From an uncultured virus (IMG/VR IMGVR_UViG_3300036770_005354) (Duplodnaviria; Heunggongvirae; Uroviricota; Caudoviricetes): DNA of 64,000 nt. Shown here piece by piece: positions 37,829-47,121 of the stretch. The notes beneath the pieces are model-generated. The model had not been told where the DNA came from. It ran no database searches and saw nothing but the letters and a program-made list of their open reading frames with translations. Position 1 is the stretch's first letter; each line of letters starts with the position of its first letter. Made by a program: the position numbers and the translations under genes. The DNA lies in IMG/VR virus record IMGVR_UViG_3300036770_005354, positions 1 through 64,000 of that record; one strand, given 5' to 3'.

Positions 37829-38552
37829 AAGCCTTAGAAGTAAGGACATGGAACATTTTATTAATACAAAATTTTCCATTGATCGATTTAAAAGCAAAAT
37901 GGGTGAAGACGAAGATATCGTCGTTTTAGGATTTAAACTAAAAGAAAAACAGCCAGCTATAGATTTGATGGAGTTTTTTGAAAAAAGTTATGATTTTATT
38001 CTTGATTCTGATATGAGTGCAGGTGAAGAATTTGATGGAAATTATCATGTATTTGTAGAGTTGGAAAGAAATAAAAATTTACCAAATAATTTAAATGAAT
38101 TATTCTATGGTTTGAAAAAATTAACAAACAATTCAAACTGGAAATTTTCATATCAAAAATCAAAAGAATATTATGACTTAAATGAAGATAATTTAAAAAA
38201 ATATGTTCCATTAAATGTGGATTCTTATAAAAAATTTATGTTTGAATCAAAAAGTAATGATATCAAAAAATTCTTTAACAAAGGAATAGTTGATGTTATT
38301 TTGTCAGAAAATAATACTTTAATATTTAAAAAACCATATTTTCATGATTTAACCGCTAAATTTATTGCTATAGGTAAGTCTGATAAAGTATTTGATACAA
38401 CACCTGGACCATTCGACATAACAGAAAGTGGTCAAAGTAAAGTATTATTTTTAAATAAATTTTTAGGAAATTATGATATTCAAAAAATTGGTGACAAATA
38501 CATTATACGTAATGAAAAAGACGCAATAATTATTGAAAAGGATAGGTGGTAA
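37779..38552 (+). CDS. conserved hypothetical protein
   Basis: IDRFKSKMGEDEDIVVLGF; start uncertain. Confidence 0.75.
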   Translation: MKSHKLQHQQPHQQIFESLRSKDMEHFINTKFSIDRFKSKMGEDEDIVVLGFKLKEKQPAIDLMEFFEKSYDFILDSDMSAGEEFDGNYHVFVELERNKNLPNNLNELFYGLKKLTNNSNWKFSYQKSKEYYDLNEDNLKKYVPLNVDSYKKFMFESKSNDIKKFFNKGIVDVILSENNTLIFKKPYFHDLTAKFIAIGKSDKVFDTTPGPFDITESGQSKVLFLNKFLGNYDIQKIGDKYIIRNEKDAIIIEKDRW

Positions 38553-38554
38553 TC

Positions 38555-39031
38555 ATGTGGCAAATTGGTGCTTTATTAGGATTAATACCAACTTGGTTCT
38601 GGACCATTGTGTTGCTAACAGGACTAGGATGTTTAGTATTTTCATGGTTTACTAGGATATATAAAGTACCATTAAAAGCTGCTGGGATAATATGTATAGT
38701 AATAGGTTCATGGTTTTTAGGAATTGCCGCAAATGAAGCTAAATGGGAACAAAGAGTAAAAGATTTAGAAAAACAATTAGAAAACGCAAAAGTTGAGAGT
38801 CAAACTGAAAATGTAAGAATTGAAGAGAAAATAGTATATAAAGATAGAATAATAAAACAAAAAGCCGATACTAGAATAGAATATGTAGATCGTGTAATAA
38901 AAGAAAAAGAAGAAGTTGTAAAATATGTTGAAAATTGTCCAGTTCCACAAATAATTTTGGAAGAACATAATAAAGCTGCATTAAATCAACTGAATGAAGC
39001 TGCAAAAAATCCTAACGGAGATAAGAAATGA
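38555..39031 (+). CDS. putative i-spanin (Rz-like)
   Basis: N-terminal TM segments, coiled coil, late Cys; followed by a lipoprotein and an endolysin. Confidence 0.65.
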   Translation: MWQIGALLGLIPTWFWTIVLLTGLGCLVFSWFTRIYKVPLKAAGIICIVIGSWFLGIAANEAKWEQRVKDLEKQLENAKVESQTENVRIEEKIVYKDRIIKQKADTRIEYVDRVIKEKEEVVKYVENCPVPQIILEEHNKAALNQLNEAAKNPNGDKK

Positions 39032-39300
39032 AAATTTTTTTTATACTATTAACAAGCATTTTTTTATCAGCATGCACTACAGTTGTTCCAGTAAAACAAA
39101 AATTTCCAGAAGCTCCTAAAGCTTTACTTGAAAAATGTCCCGATTTATTACAAGCAAATGATAATGCCACTGACATTAGTGAATTTTTAAAGGTAATAAT
39201 ACGCAATTATCAATTATATTATGAATGCTCTAATAAAAATGATGGTTGGATAGATTGGTATTCAACCCAAAAGAAAATTATGGATAAATCAAACAAATAA
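39028..39300 (+). CDS. putative o-spanin lipoprotein (Rz1-like)
   Basis: lipobox LSAC, Pro-rich segment, further Cys. Confidence 0.7.
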   Translation: MKIFFILLTSIFLSACTTVVPVKQKFPEAPKALLEKCPDLLQANDNATDISEFLKVIIRNYQLYYECSNKNDGWIDWYSTQKKIMDKSNK

Positions 39301-39337
39301 AAATTACGAAATTTAGTAAATAACATTGGAGGGTAAA

Positions 39338-39970
39338 ATGCAAAAATTCATTCTTACAGCAGAACAACTAGCACTAATTATAAAAAAGAACCCATATGTT
39401 GAACAATGGCATAATGCAATGGAAAGATTATTACCCGATTATGATATTAATACTCCACAAAGAGTAGCTGCATTTGTTGCACAATGTGCACACGAATCTG
39501 CAAATTTCAAGTTCTTAAAAGAAAATCTAAATTATAGATCATCCACTCTTAGAAAAATATTTCCAAAATATTTTCCAACAGATGAGTTAGCTCAAAAATA
39601 TGCATCACTTCCAAATAAACAAGAAGCTATAGCTAATAGAGTTTATGCTAATAGAATGGGAAATGGTGATGAAAATAGTGGAGATGGGTATCGTTACTGC
39701 GGTAGAGGTTTAATTCAATTAACTGGAAAAAATAATTATCAAGCATTTGCCGATAGTATTGAAACACCAGTTGAAGAAATACCAGAATATCTAGCTACAT
39801 TTGAAGGAGCAGTACAGAGTGCCTGTTGGTTTTGGGAAACAAATAGTTTAAACAAATGGGCAGATACTGGTGATATTAGAGAATTAACTAGAAGGATAAA
39901 TGGCGGTTATATTGGTTTAGAGGATAGAATAAATCATTATAAACATGCATTACATGTGCTAGGAGTGTAA
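39338..39970 (+). CDS. glycoside hydrolase family 19 endolysin
   Basis: AQCAHES, ENLNY, GRGLIQLTGK.NY, RRINGG..GLEDR. Confidence 0.9.
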   Translation: MQKFILTAEQLALIIKKNPYVEQWHNAMERLLPDYDINTPQRVAAFVAQCAHESANFKFLKENLNYRSSTLRKIFPKYFPTDELAQKYASLPNKQEAIANRVYANRMGNGDENSGDGYRYCGRGLIQLTGKNNYQAFADSIETPVEEIPEYLATFEGAVQSACWFWETNSLNKWADTGDIRELTRRINGGYIGLEDRINHYKHALHVLGV

Positions 39971-39971
39971 A

Positions 39972-40109
39972 ATGGAAATAATTTTATGGTTATTAATTGG
40001 AATGTTCATAGGATGGAATTTACCACAACCAGCATGGGCAACAAATTTACAAACTAAGGTAAAGGAAATTATATTAAACTTAAAGGATAAAAACCATGAC
40101 GGAAAATAA
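39972..40109 (+). CDS. small membrane protein (absent from ORF track)
   Basis: MEIILWLLIGMFIGWNLPQP; AGGAG RBS. Confidence 0.6.
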   Translation: MEIILWLLIGMFIGWNLPQPAWATNLQTKVKEIILNLKDKNHDGK

Positions 40110-40581
40110 AGAAGATTGGATGCAGAAAAAATGGCGGCCCATGATGGCAATAATGTACATGTCAGTCTGTGCTTTTGATTTTATAGTATTTCCAATATTA
40201 TGGGCAGTTGTTCAATTTTGGGAAGTAATGCCAGAAAATGATGCTTTTCGTCAATGGGAACCTTTGACCTTACAAGGAGCAGGATTATTTCATATGGCAA
40301 TGGGTGCAGTATTAGGTGTAACTGCATGGAGTAGAGGACAAGAAAAGCTAGCTGGAATTAATAATCAAAGTGGTAATCAACCAGCATTGCCAGCACCTCA
40401 ACCAACACAAAGTTTTTCAGCACCAGTTTCACAATCTTTCAGTGCGCAACCACAACCTGTTAATTCAATGGGAGGTTCTTCGCAGTTTCAATCATTTGAT
40501 AGACCACAAACATCTAATCAAGTGTTGACTGACTCTAAGGGAAGAGCCATGCCGGTACAGCCAGAAAGAGAGGAATTATAA
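40096..40581 (+). CDS. putative holin-like membrane protein
   Basis: WRPMM..., FH.AMGAVLGVTAWSRGQEK; located in the lysis cassette. Confidence 0.65.
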   Translation: MTENKEDWMQKKWRPMMAIMYMSVCAFDFIVFPILWAVVQFWEVMPENDAFRQWEPLTLQGAGLFHMAMGAVLGVTAWSRGQEKLAGINNQSGNQPALPAPQPTQSFSAPVSQSFSAQPQPVNSMGGSSQFQSFDRPQTSNQVLTDSKGRAMPVQPEREEL

Positions 40582-40604
40582 TAAATTATTTTTAGGAGAT
40601 AAAC

Positions 40605-40784
40605 ATGAATACAGTCGCTAAAATTTTAATACTATCATCAATTTTTATGTTGTATTCATGTGATGTCAGGTATAGATATCCATGTCAAGATCCAAAAAAC
40701 ATTAATAATGTAGAGTGTCAAAAAGAAACATGCGAAATATCGAGAGAATGTCCAGAAATTAAAGAAGGTAGAAACCATGAATGA
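40605..40784 (+). CDS. small Cys-rich lipoprotein (absent from ORF track)
   Basis: AGGAG RBS; signal peptide + LYSC; YRYPCQDP; four further Cys. Confidence 0.65.
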   Translation: MNTVAKILILSSIFMLYSCDVRYRYPCQDPKNINNVECQKETCEISRECPEIKEGRNHE

Positions 40785-41061
40785 AAGAATGACTTCTGAA
40801 GAATTGTTTGCTAGACTTAAAGTATTCGTCGGAGTATGTTTAGCATTAACCCTTATGGGGATTGTATTTGTAGTTTTATATAGTATTATTTTCGTAACAC
40901 AGCCGTTAGATGCTATAAGCCCAATTGATACAAAATTCTTTGAATTAATTATTCCAATAGCTACATTTTTAACTGGAACCTTATCAGGAATAATGTTAGG
41001 GTCTTCCAATGATAAAAAATGTAATAAAAATGAAGATTCAGATAAAAAGGAAGATGTATGA
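40777..41061 (+). CDS. two-TM membrane protein
   Basis: two hydrophobic helices, charged tail. Confidence 0.7.
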   Translation: MNERMTSEELFARLKVFVGVCLALTLMGIVFVVLYSIIFVTQPLDAISPIDTKFFELIIPIATFLTGTLSGIMLGSSNDKKCNKNEDSDKKEDV

Positions 41062-41291
41062 AAAATATTTTATTATCAATAATAACAAGCCTATTTCTTT
41101 TAAGCCCATCTTTTGCAGATGAACCAAAAACAGATACTGCCGGAAAAGGTGAAATTAAAGAAGTATGTCATCCAAAAAAAGACAAATCTGGTAAAGAATT
41201 AAAAGATAAAAATGGTAAAGTAATCGAAGAATGTAAAAAGATAAAAGTTAGAAGAAAACTTGAAGGAACAGAAGTTCCAGTAAAAAAATAA
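41058..41291 (+). CDS. small secreted protein
   Basis: signal peptide ending SFA; two Cys; Lys-rich. Confidence 0.65.
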   Translation: MKNILLSIITSLFLLSPSFADEPKTDTAGKGEIKEVCHPKKDKSGKELKDKNGKVIEECKKIKVRRKLEGTEVPVKK

Positions 41292-41294
41292 GTA

Positions 41295-41323
41295 TTGACT
41301 ATTTTTCAAAAACATAGTATGAT
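41295..41323 (+). promoter_or_regulatory. sigma70-type promoter
   Basis: TTGACT-17-TATGAT. Confidence 0.65.
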
Positions 41324-41346
41324 CATGTATACCATTACATGAATAT

Positions 41347-42144
41347 ATGCCCGATTATTATACTATATTAGGAATAGAAAAGTCAGCATCTAAAGAAGAG
41401 ATAAAATCTGCTTATAGAAAATTAGCAAGTCTACACCACCCTGATCGGGGTGGCGACACTAAGACATTTCAAGAAATACAAGCAGCGTATGCAACTTTAA
41501 GCGATCCTGATAAAAAACTTCAATACGATAATTACCAAAATCAGACTACAAACAACCATTTTCAAGATATATCTGATATTTTTAGAGACTTTTTTAATTT
41601 TGAAAATAACAACGTATTTCGTAGAGAATTTAGAAATAAAAATTTAAATCTTAAAGTAGAAATAACTTTAGAAGAAGCTTTTAACGGCAAAGATATTATA
41701 AGTAATGTTAAACTACCATCCGGCAGAGATCAATTAATAGATATTAAAATACCAAAAGGTATTCAACATAATACTACCTTACGAATTTATAATATCGGAG
41801 ATGATAGTATTAAAAATATCCCAAGAGGAGATATTTTTTTAACAGTAGATATTAAACCACATCCTATATTTAAACGACTTGATGATGACCTAGAGACTGT
41901 GGTACAATTGTCATGCTTTGAAGCAATCTTGGGGAAAGAGTTAACAATTAACACAATAGATAATAAAACTCTAGCAATTAACATTCCTCCAGGTGCACAA
42001 AATAACCAAATTTTTGGTGTACCAAATTTTGGAATGTTTAATAACTCGACAAATACAAGAGGTAGACTGTTTATAAAAATAAACATAACAATACCAACAA
42101 ATTTAACAGATGAACAAAAAGCAATTTTGAAAAACTTTATATAA
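41347..42144 (+). CDS. dnaJ: DnaJ/CbpA-like chaperone without Zn finger
   Basis: DYYTILG, HPD, C-terminal substrate-binding domain. Confidence 0.9.
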   Translation: MPDYYTILGIEKSASKEEIKSAYRKLASLHHPDRGGDTKTFQEIQAAYATLSDPDKKLQYDNYQNQTTNNHFQDISDIFRDFFNFENNNVFRREFRNKNLNLKVEITLEEAFNGKDIISNVKLPSGRDQLIDIKIPKGIQHNTTLRIYNIGDDSIKNIPRGDIFLTVDIKPHPIFKRLDDDLETVVQLSCFEAILGKELTINTIDNKTLAINIPPGAQNNQIFGVPNFGMFNNSTNTRGRLFIKINITIPTNLTDEQKAILKNFI

Positions 42145-42157
42145 AAGGAAAAACTAA

Positions 42158-44404
42158 ATGATAGATACTGATAAAGATTTAGAAGAAATTTTTGAAAATG
42201 CAATAATGATTGCTATAAAAAATAAGCATGAATATATTACGTTGGAACATTTTCTTTTAAGTATAGTATCAAATGAAGAATTCTGTTCACTTTTAACTGA
42301 TTTTGGAACAGACGTCGAGGTTTTAAAAGATGATATTCAACACTATATTGAGTATGATTTAAAAGATATTATAAACCCCGATATTAATAAACCTAAAAAA
42401 ACAAACGTTTTAGATAAGGTTATCAATAGAGCATTCACCAATGTTCTACTAGTTGGTAAGCATATTATCGAGCCCATAGACTGTTTTTTAAGTATTTTAT
42501 CAGAAAAAAATACTCACGCTGTATATTTGCTTAAAAAAGCAAATATTGATAAAGAAAAATTCTTAAAATTCTTGAATAAAGAAGATAAGTCCAATAAATC
42601 TTCAAATAATAGTACTAAATATGAAAATATTATTAATCAATTTTGTACTAATTTAAATGAAAAAGCAAAAAATAAAAATATTGATCCAGTAGTTGGACGT
42701 GATAAAGAAATCGAAGATATTGAACTGATTCTAGCTAGAAGAGTTAAATCAAATGCTATTTTAGTAGGTGACCCCGGAGTTGGAAAAACTGCGATTGCTG
42801 AAGGGCTAGCTAAAAAAATCGTGGATAAGTCAGTTCCAAAATTTTTAGAAAACTATACTATCTACAATTTAGATATTAGTGCAATGTTAGCTGGATCTAA
42901 ATATCGTGGAGATTTTGAAGAAAGACTGAAAGCAGTAATTAATGCCTCTGAAAAATTAGGTAATTGCATATTATTCATTGATGAAGCCCATATGATGAAC
43001 GGCGCTGGCACTAGTAATGGTGGAAGCAATGATATGAGCAATATGCTAAAATCTGCCTTATCTAAAGGTAATATCAAGGTAATTGCAAGTACCACATGGG
43101 AAGAGTATAGGAAATTCTTTGAAAAAGATAGAGCATTAATGCGACGTTTTCATAAAGTTGTAATTGATGAACCTTCAGAAGAAGATACTGTAAAAATCCT
43201 AAAAGGGTTGAAAAAGTACTATGAAAAACATCATGGTGTAAAAATCACAAATCAAGCAATTGTTGATGCTGTAAAATATAGTATCAAATATATTACTGAT
43301 AAAAAACTACCAGACAAGGCAATTGACTTAATTGATTGTGCATGTGCTAGATTTAAACTCAATAATTCATCAGAAAAAACAGTAGACCATGACCAAATTA
43401 TTTTTGAAGTTTCAAAAATGGTAAAGATGCCTATTGAAAATCTAAATGAAAAAGAGAGTAAAAATCTTCAAAATTTAGAAAAGCATATGAAGCAAAGCGT
43501 TTTTGGACAAGAAAAGTCCATCGATGTTTTATTAGATAAAATATTTATTGCTCAAGCTGGACTTAAAAATGGAAATAAACCAGTAGGAAACTTCTTGTTC
43601 GTAGGACCAACTGGAGTCGGAAAAACTGAAGTTGCAAAACAATTATCAATCAATATGGGCACAAAGCTTGTCAGATTTGATATGAGTGAATTTCAAGAAA
43701 AACATAGTGTCAGTAAATTCATTGGTAGCCCACCGGGATATATTGGGTTTGATGATAATGCTGGTCAACTGGTTACAAGCCTACAAGAAAATCCAAATGG
43801 TATTTTTCTTTTTGACGAAATTGAAAAAGCGCACCCAGATGTCTTTACAGTTTTGCTTCAGCTAATGGATAATGCAGTAATTACTGGAAGTAATGGTAAA
43901 AAGGCAGATGGTAAAAATGCTATAATTATCATGACTAGTAATTTAGGTGCAGCTGATGCAGAAAAAAATAGTGTTGGATTTGGAAATATCGAAAGAGATT
44001 TTGACCCCACTAATGCAGTAAATACTTTCTTTGCACCAGAATTTAGAAATAGATTAGATGGTGTAATTAAATTTAATAAATTAGACCAAGAATCCATGAC
44101 AAAGATCGTCAAGAAATTTATTGATGAAATTAATAGTTTGATGAAAGATAAAAATATATCTATCAAAATTCTACCAGAAGCAATTAAATTCTTGATTAAT
44201 AAAGGTTTTGACAGTAAAATGGGTGCTAGACCACTACAGAGAACTATTGATGAATTTATTAAAAAGCCTCTAAGTAAAGAAATTCTTTTTGGTAAACTTA
44301 AAAATGGTGGAACAGTTGAAGTTAATGCATCAAATGATGAAATAATTTTTGATTATATTAAGCTGGTACAGCCTAAAACAGATATTGCTTTAGAAAAAGT
44401 ATAA
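42158..44404 (+). CDS. clpA: ClpA-like Hsp100 ATPase
   Basis: N-domain HEYITLEH, GDPGVGKT, FIDEAH, GPTGVGKT, FDMSEF, DEIEKAH, VGF loop, GARPL. Confidence 0.92.
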   Translation: MIDTDKDLEEIFENAIMIAIKNKHEYITLEHFLLSIVSNEEFCSLLTDFGTDVEVLKDDIQHYIEYDLKDIINPDINKPKKTNVLDKVINRAFTNVLLVGKHIIEPIDCFLSILSEKNTHAVYLLKKANIDKEKFLKFLNKEDKSNKSSNNSTKYENIINQFCTNLNEKAKNKNIDPVVGRDKEIEDIELILARRVKSNAILVGDPGVGKTAIAEGLAKKIVDKSVPKFLENYTIYNLDISAMLAGSKYRGDFEERLKAVINASEKLGNCILFIDEAHMMNGAGTSNGGSNDMSNMLKSALSKGNIKVIASTTWEEYRKFFEKDRALMRRFHKVVIDEPSEEDTVKILKGLKKYYEKHHGVKITNQAIVDAVKYSIKYITDKKLPDKAIDLIDCACARFKLNNSSEKTVDHDQIIFEVSKMVKMPIENLNEKESKNLQNLEKHMKQSVFGQEKSIDVLLDKIFIAQAGLKNGNKPVGNFLFVGPTGVGKTEVAKQLSINMGTKLVRFDMSEFQEKHSVSKFIGSPPGYIGFDDNAGQLVTSLQENPNGIFLFDEIEKAHPDVFTVLLQLMDNAVITGSNGKKADGKNAIIIMTSNLGAADAEKNSVGFGNIERDFDPTNAVNTFFAPEFRNRLDGVIKFNKLDQESMTKIVKKFIDEINSLMKDKNISIKILPEAIKFLINKGFDSKMGARPLQRTIDEFIKKPLSKEILFGKLKNGGTVEVNASNDEIIFDYIKLVQPKTDIALEKV

Positions 44405-44407
44405 ATA
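44400..44407 (+). promoter_or_regulatory. T4-type late promoter
   Basis: TATAAATA, 7 nt before the ATG at 44415. Confidence 0.65.
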
Positions 44408-44414
44408 CTATACT

Positions 44415-44819
44415 ATGCCAGCATTAAGTCAAACTCTAAACTTTGTACCGTTAAATACTCCTTCTAGTACCAGCACAACAGCTGTGGTATATCCAAATTC
44501 TGGTACTGAAGCTATAGTTTTTATTAGCGATAAAGTCAAAGGTGATGGCTATTTTGGTGGCAGCGATGGCTTGCATACCGTGATGTACACTGCAACACAA
44601 GACTTTTCAGGTACTATTACAATGCAAGCCACTCTAGCAACAGTACCGACCAATTCAGATTGGTTCAACGTCAGTAATTCAAGTGTGGCATACACTGAGT
44701 TAAATGTAAGAAATACATCTACTGTAGATATAATAAACTTTACCGGAAACTTTGTTTGGGTAAGAGGACATGTTTATATCAATGATGGTTCAGTTGAGTC
44801 AATATTGTATAATCATTAA
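44415..44819 (+). CDS. putative virion protein
   Basis: beta-rich; GDGYFGGSDGLHTV...NFTGNFVWVR; late promoter upstream. Confidence 0.7.
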   Translation: MPALSQTLNFVPLNTPSSTSTTAVVYPNSGTEAIVFISDKVKGDGYFGGSDGLHTVMYTATQDFSGTITMQATLATVPTNSDWFNVSNSSVAYTELNVRNTSTVDIINFTGNFVWVRGHVYINDGSVESILYNH

Positions 44820-44862
44820 AAAATATTAAAATCACTAAATAATTGTAATAGGGTATACAATT

Positions 44863-45288
44863 ATGAAAATTAGTGATTTAGTACTTGATCCATCCTCCTT
44901 AGAGGAATCTATGTCTATAGGTGATGTATTTCATCTTGAATTAGACAATATTCTCATAGAAACATCCATCATAGATTTCACTACTGATGGAGTTGTCATT
45001 TCTATTGACGATACTGGGTTATCATACCTCCCATTGGAAACTATTAACGAAGCCGAGTACCAAGGAAGAAAAGTACCTTTAGGTAAACCAATGAAAGGTG
45101 ACGTTAAGAAAAGCAAAGTTTACGTCAAGGGACCAAAAGGAAATGTGGTAAAAGTAAATTTCGGTGACAAAAAAATGAGGATTAAAAAATCTAATCCTAA
45201 ACGCCGTAAGAGTTTTAGAGCAAGACATAATTGTGCTAACCCGGGTCCAAGATGGAAAGCCAAATTTTGGTCATGTCGAGCATGGTGA
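44863..45288 (+). CDS. hypothetical protein with acidic N-half and basic C-half
   Basis: INE|AEYQGRKV...KSFRARHNC...WSCRAW. Confidence 0.75.
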   Translation: MKISDLVLDPSSLEESMSIGDVFHLELDNILIETSIIDFTTDGVVISIDDTGLSYLPLETINEAEYQGRKVPLGKPMKGDVKKSKVYVKGPKGNVVKVNFGDKKMRIKKSNPKRRKSFRARHNCANPGPRWKAKFWSCRAW

Positions 45289-45292
45289 AATC

Positions 45293-45646
45293 ATGAAATT
45301 AATGGAATTTTTTGGTAGTCATTCATTAGATTCAAAAAAGGAAGAAAGTAATTCAAGTATTCCAATAGATGAATTGTTTGAGTTCATTTTAAACAGTGAT
45401 CAAACTTTTAAAAATCACTATTTTAATATAGCAGAAACTTTTAATGAAAAAAAATCTTTTTCTAATGAAGAAATTATAGAATACTTTATGCCTATGGTTA
45501 AACAGGGATGTAAAGAATTTTACGATAAAAATAAACTAAATGGGAAATTAGGAAAAGTCTTTAATAAAGATTTAAGAGAAAAACTGTGTAATAAATTATA
45601 TGATCATTACCATAATGATTTGAAAAAATATTCATATTTTAATTAA
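45293..45646 (+). CDS. hypothetical protein
   Basis: start moved to ATG 45293 (MKLMEFF). Confidence 0.65.
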   Translation: MKLMEFFGSHSLDSKKEESNSSIPIDELFEFILNSDQTFKNHYFNIAETFNEKKSFSNEEIIEYFMPMVKQGCKEFYDKNKLNGKLGKVFNKDLREKLCNKLYDHYHNDLKKYSYFN

Positions 45647-45648
45647 TT

Positions 45649-45849
45649 ATGGATGATATTAATAATTTAAAAAAACTAGCAGGTATAACTACTACAAAAA
45701 CAAATATTAACTTCGGCGAACCTAATATCAGTTATACTGGTATGGAAAAAGCAGAATTAATGAAAAAACATAACATAAAACCTGGGACGGAAGAATGGTT
45801 TCGGTTATTTTTTGCTAAGCCGTGGTTAACGGGCGAGACCCCGATATGA
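45649..45849 (+). CDS. hypothetical protein
   Basis: LKKLAGI...NIKPGTEEWF. Confidence 0.7.
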   Translation: MDDINNLKKLAGITTTKTNINFGEPNISYTGMEKAELMKKHNIKPGTEEWFRLFFAKPWLTGETPI

Positions 45850-45989
45850 GTAAAAAGCATAAAAAAGCAAAAGTCAATTACAGAAAAATATGGGAAGATC
45901 ATTACAGTAGTATACCGAAAGATGAAAATGAAATAAGTTATCATATTCATCATATTGATGGAAATCCAGAAAATAATTCTAATAAATAA
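45846..45989 (+). pseudogene. truncated HNH endonuclease remnant
   Basis: 47 aa: NYRKIWEDHY..IPKDE...YHIHHIDGNPENN then a stop before the rest of the HNH motif. Confidence 0.65.
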
Positions 45990-45994
45990 TTTCT

Positions 45995-46618
45995 ATGAAA
46001 ATATTAGAAATTATCAATGAAGATGACATTAGAGATATTAAATCTGCATTGTCAGTAAATGACAAGTCTAAATTTTTAAAAAAAATAAACAATAATTCCT
46101 CTAGTGGAGGAACAAAAGTTTATCATATTAAAAAAAATAATAAAATATTAAAAATTTGGAAGATACATAATCCAAAATTTGATTCCTATTTAGAATGGAC
46201 CAATAAGATAAAAAATTTATCTTCATCAAATTCATATTTACCAAAAATAGAATCTGTTAAAGTATTCTCTTTTCCTAATCCAAAATTTGAAGACACTATT
46301 TCATATCAAGGATTGGCTGTTATGGAAAAGCTTGATCCGATAAGTAAATACCCAGATAGTATATTATTACCATTATTCAGAAATACCGGAATAAATCTAA
46401 AAAGTAGAATTAGATTTTTAAAAACTTTATGGACTAAAGAAAATTTAGATATATTAAAATCGGAAGTTCATGATGAAAAACTACTTCAAGCCTTAAATTT
46501 AGTATCAGAAATATTGGATGAATTGCCTAATTCAAGAGGTGATTTACATACTGGTAACTGGATGATACGTAAAGACGGAAATTCATTACAGTTAGTACTA
46601 ACTGATCCTGTAACTTAA
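45995..46618 (+). CDS. protein-kinase-like fold protein
   Basis: SSSGG.KVY, ILKI, VMEKL, GDLHTGNWM, LTDP. Confidence 0.7.
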   Translation: MKILEIINEDDIRDIKSALSVNDKSKFLKKINNNSSSGGTKVYHIKKNNKILKIWKIHNPKFDSYLEWTNKIKNLSSSNSYLPKIESVKVFSFPNPKFEDTISYQGLAVMEKLDPISKYPDSILLPLFRNTGINLKSRIRFLKTLWTKENLDILKSEVHDEKLLQALNLVSEILDELPNSRGDLHTGNWMIRKDGNSLQLVLTDPVT

Positions 46619-46673
46619 AATCATTATCAGATAAATAAAATATATAAAATATCTAAAAAGATAGGATACTTTC

Positions 46674-47114
46674 ATGGATGATTTACAAAAACTGGCGAAG
46701 ATAGCATTTTCAAGTGAATTTAGTTTTTATTTAAAAGCTCATTTTTTTCATTGGAACGTTGAAGGGCCGGATTTTTATCAATATCATAAACTTCTTGGTA
46801 AAATTTATGAAGAAGTCCAAGACAGTATAGACGAGTTTGCTGAAAAAATCAGATCATTAAATACTTATATGCCAGGTAGTTATACTAGATTTAGTATGTT
46901 ATCACAAATTGAAGATGAAACCAAAATATTATCTTCAAGAGAAATGATAGAAGAATTAATTAAAGACAATGAAAAAATGAAAATAATTTTTACTAAATTA
47001 TTTAAACTTTCTGAATCTTTAAATGAGCATGGGTTTAGCGATTTTATTGCAGCTAGAATAGATGCACATGATAAGCATGGTTGGATGTTACGTTCTAGTT
47101 TAAAGAGAGATTAA
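46674..47114 (+). CDS. dps: Dps/ferritin-like protein
   Basis: HWNVEGPDF...H..L..IYEE....DEFAEKIR; K..WMLRS. Confidence 0.9.
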   Translation: MDDLQKLAKIAFSSEFSFYLKAHFFHWNVEGPDFYQYHKLLGKIYEEVQDSIDEFAEKIRSLNTYMPGSYTRFSMLSQIEDETKILSSREMIEELIKDNEKMKIIFTKLFKLSESLNEHGFSDFIAARIDAHDKHGWMLRSSLKRD

Positions 47115-47121
47115 TTATAAA

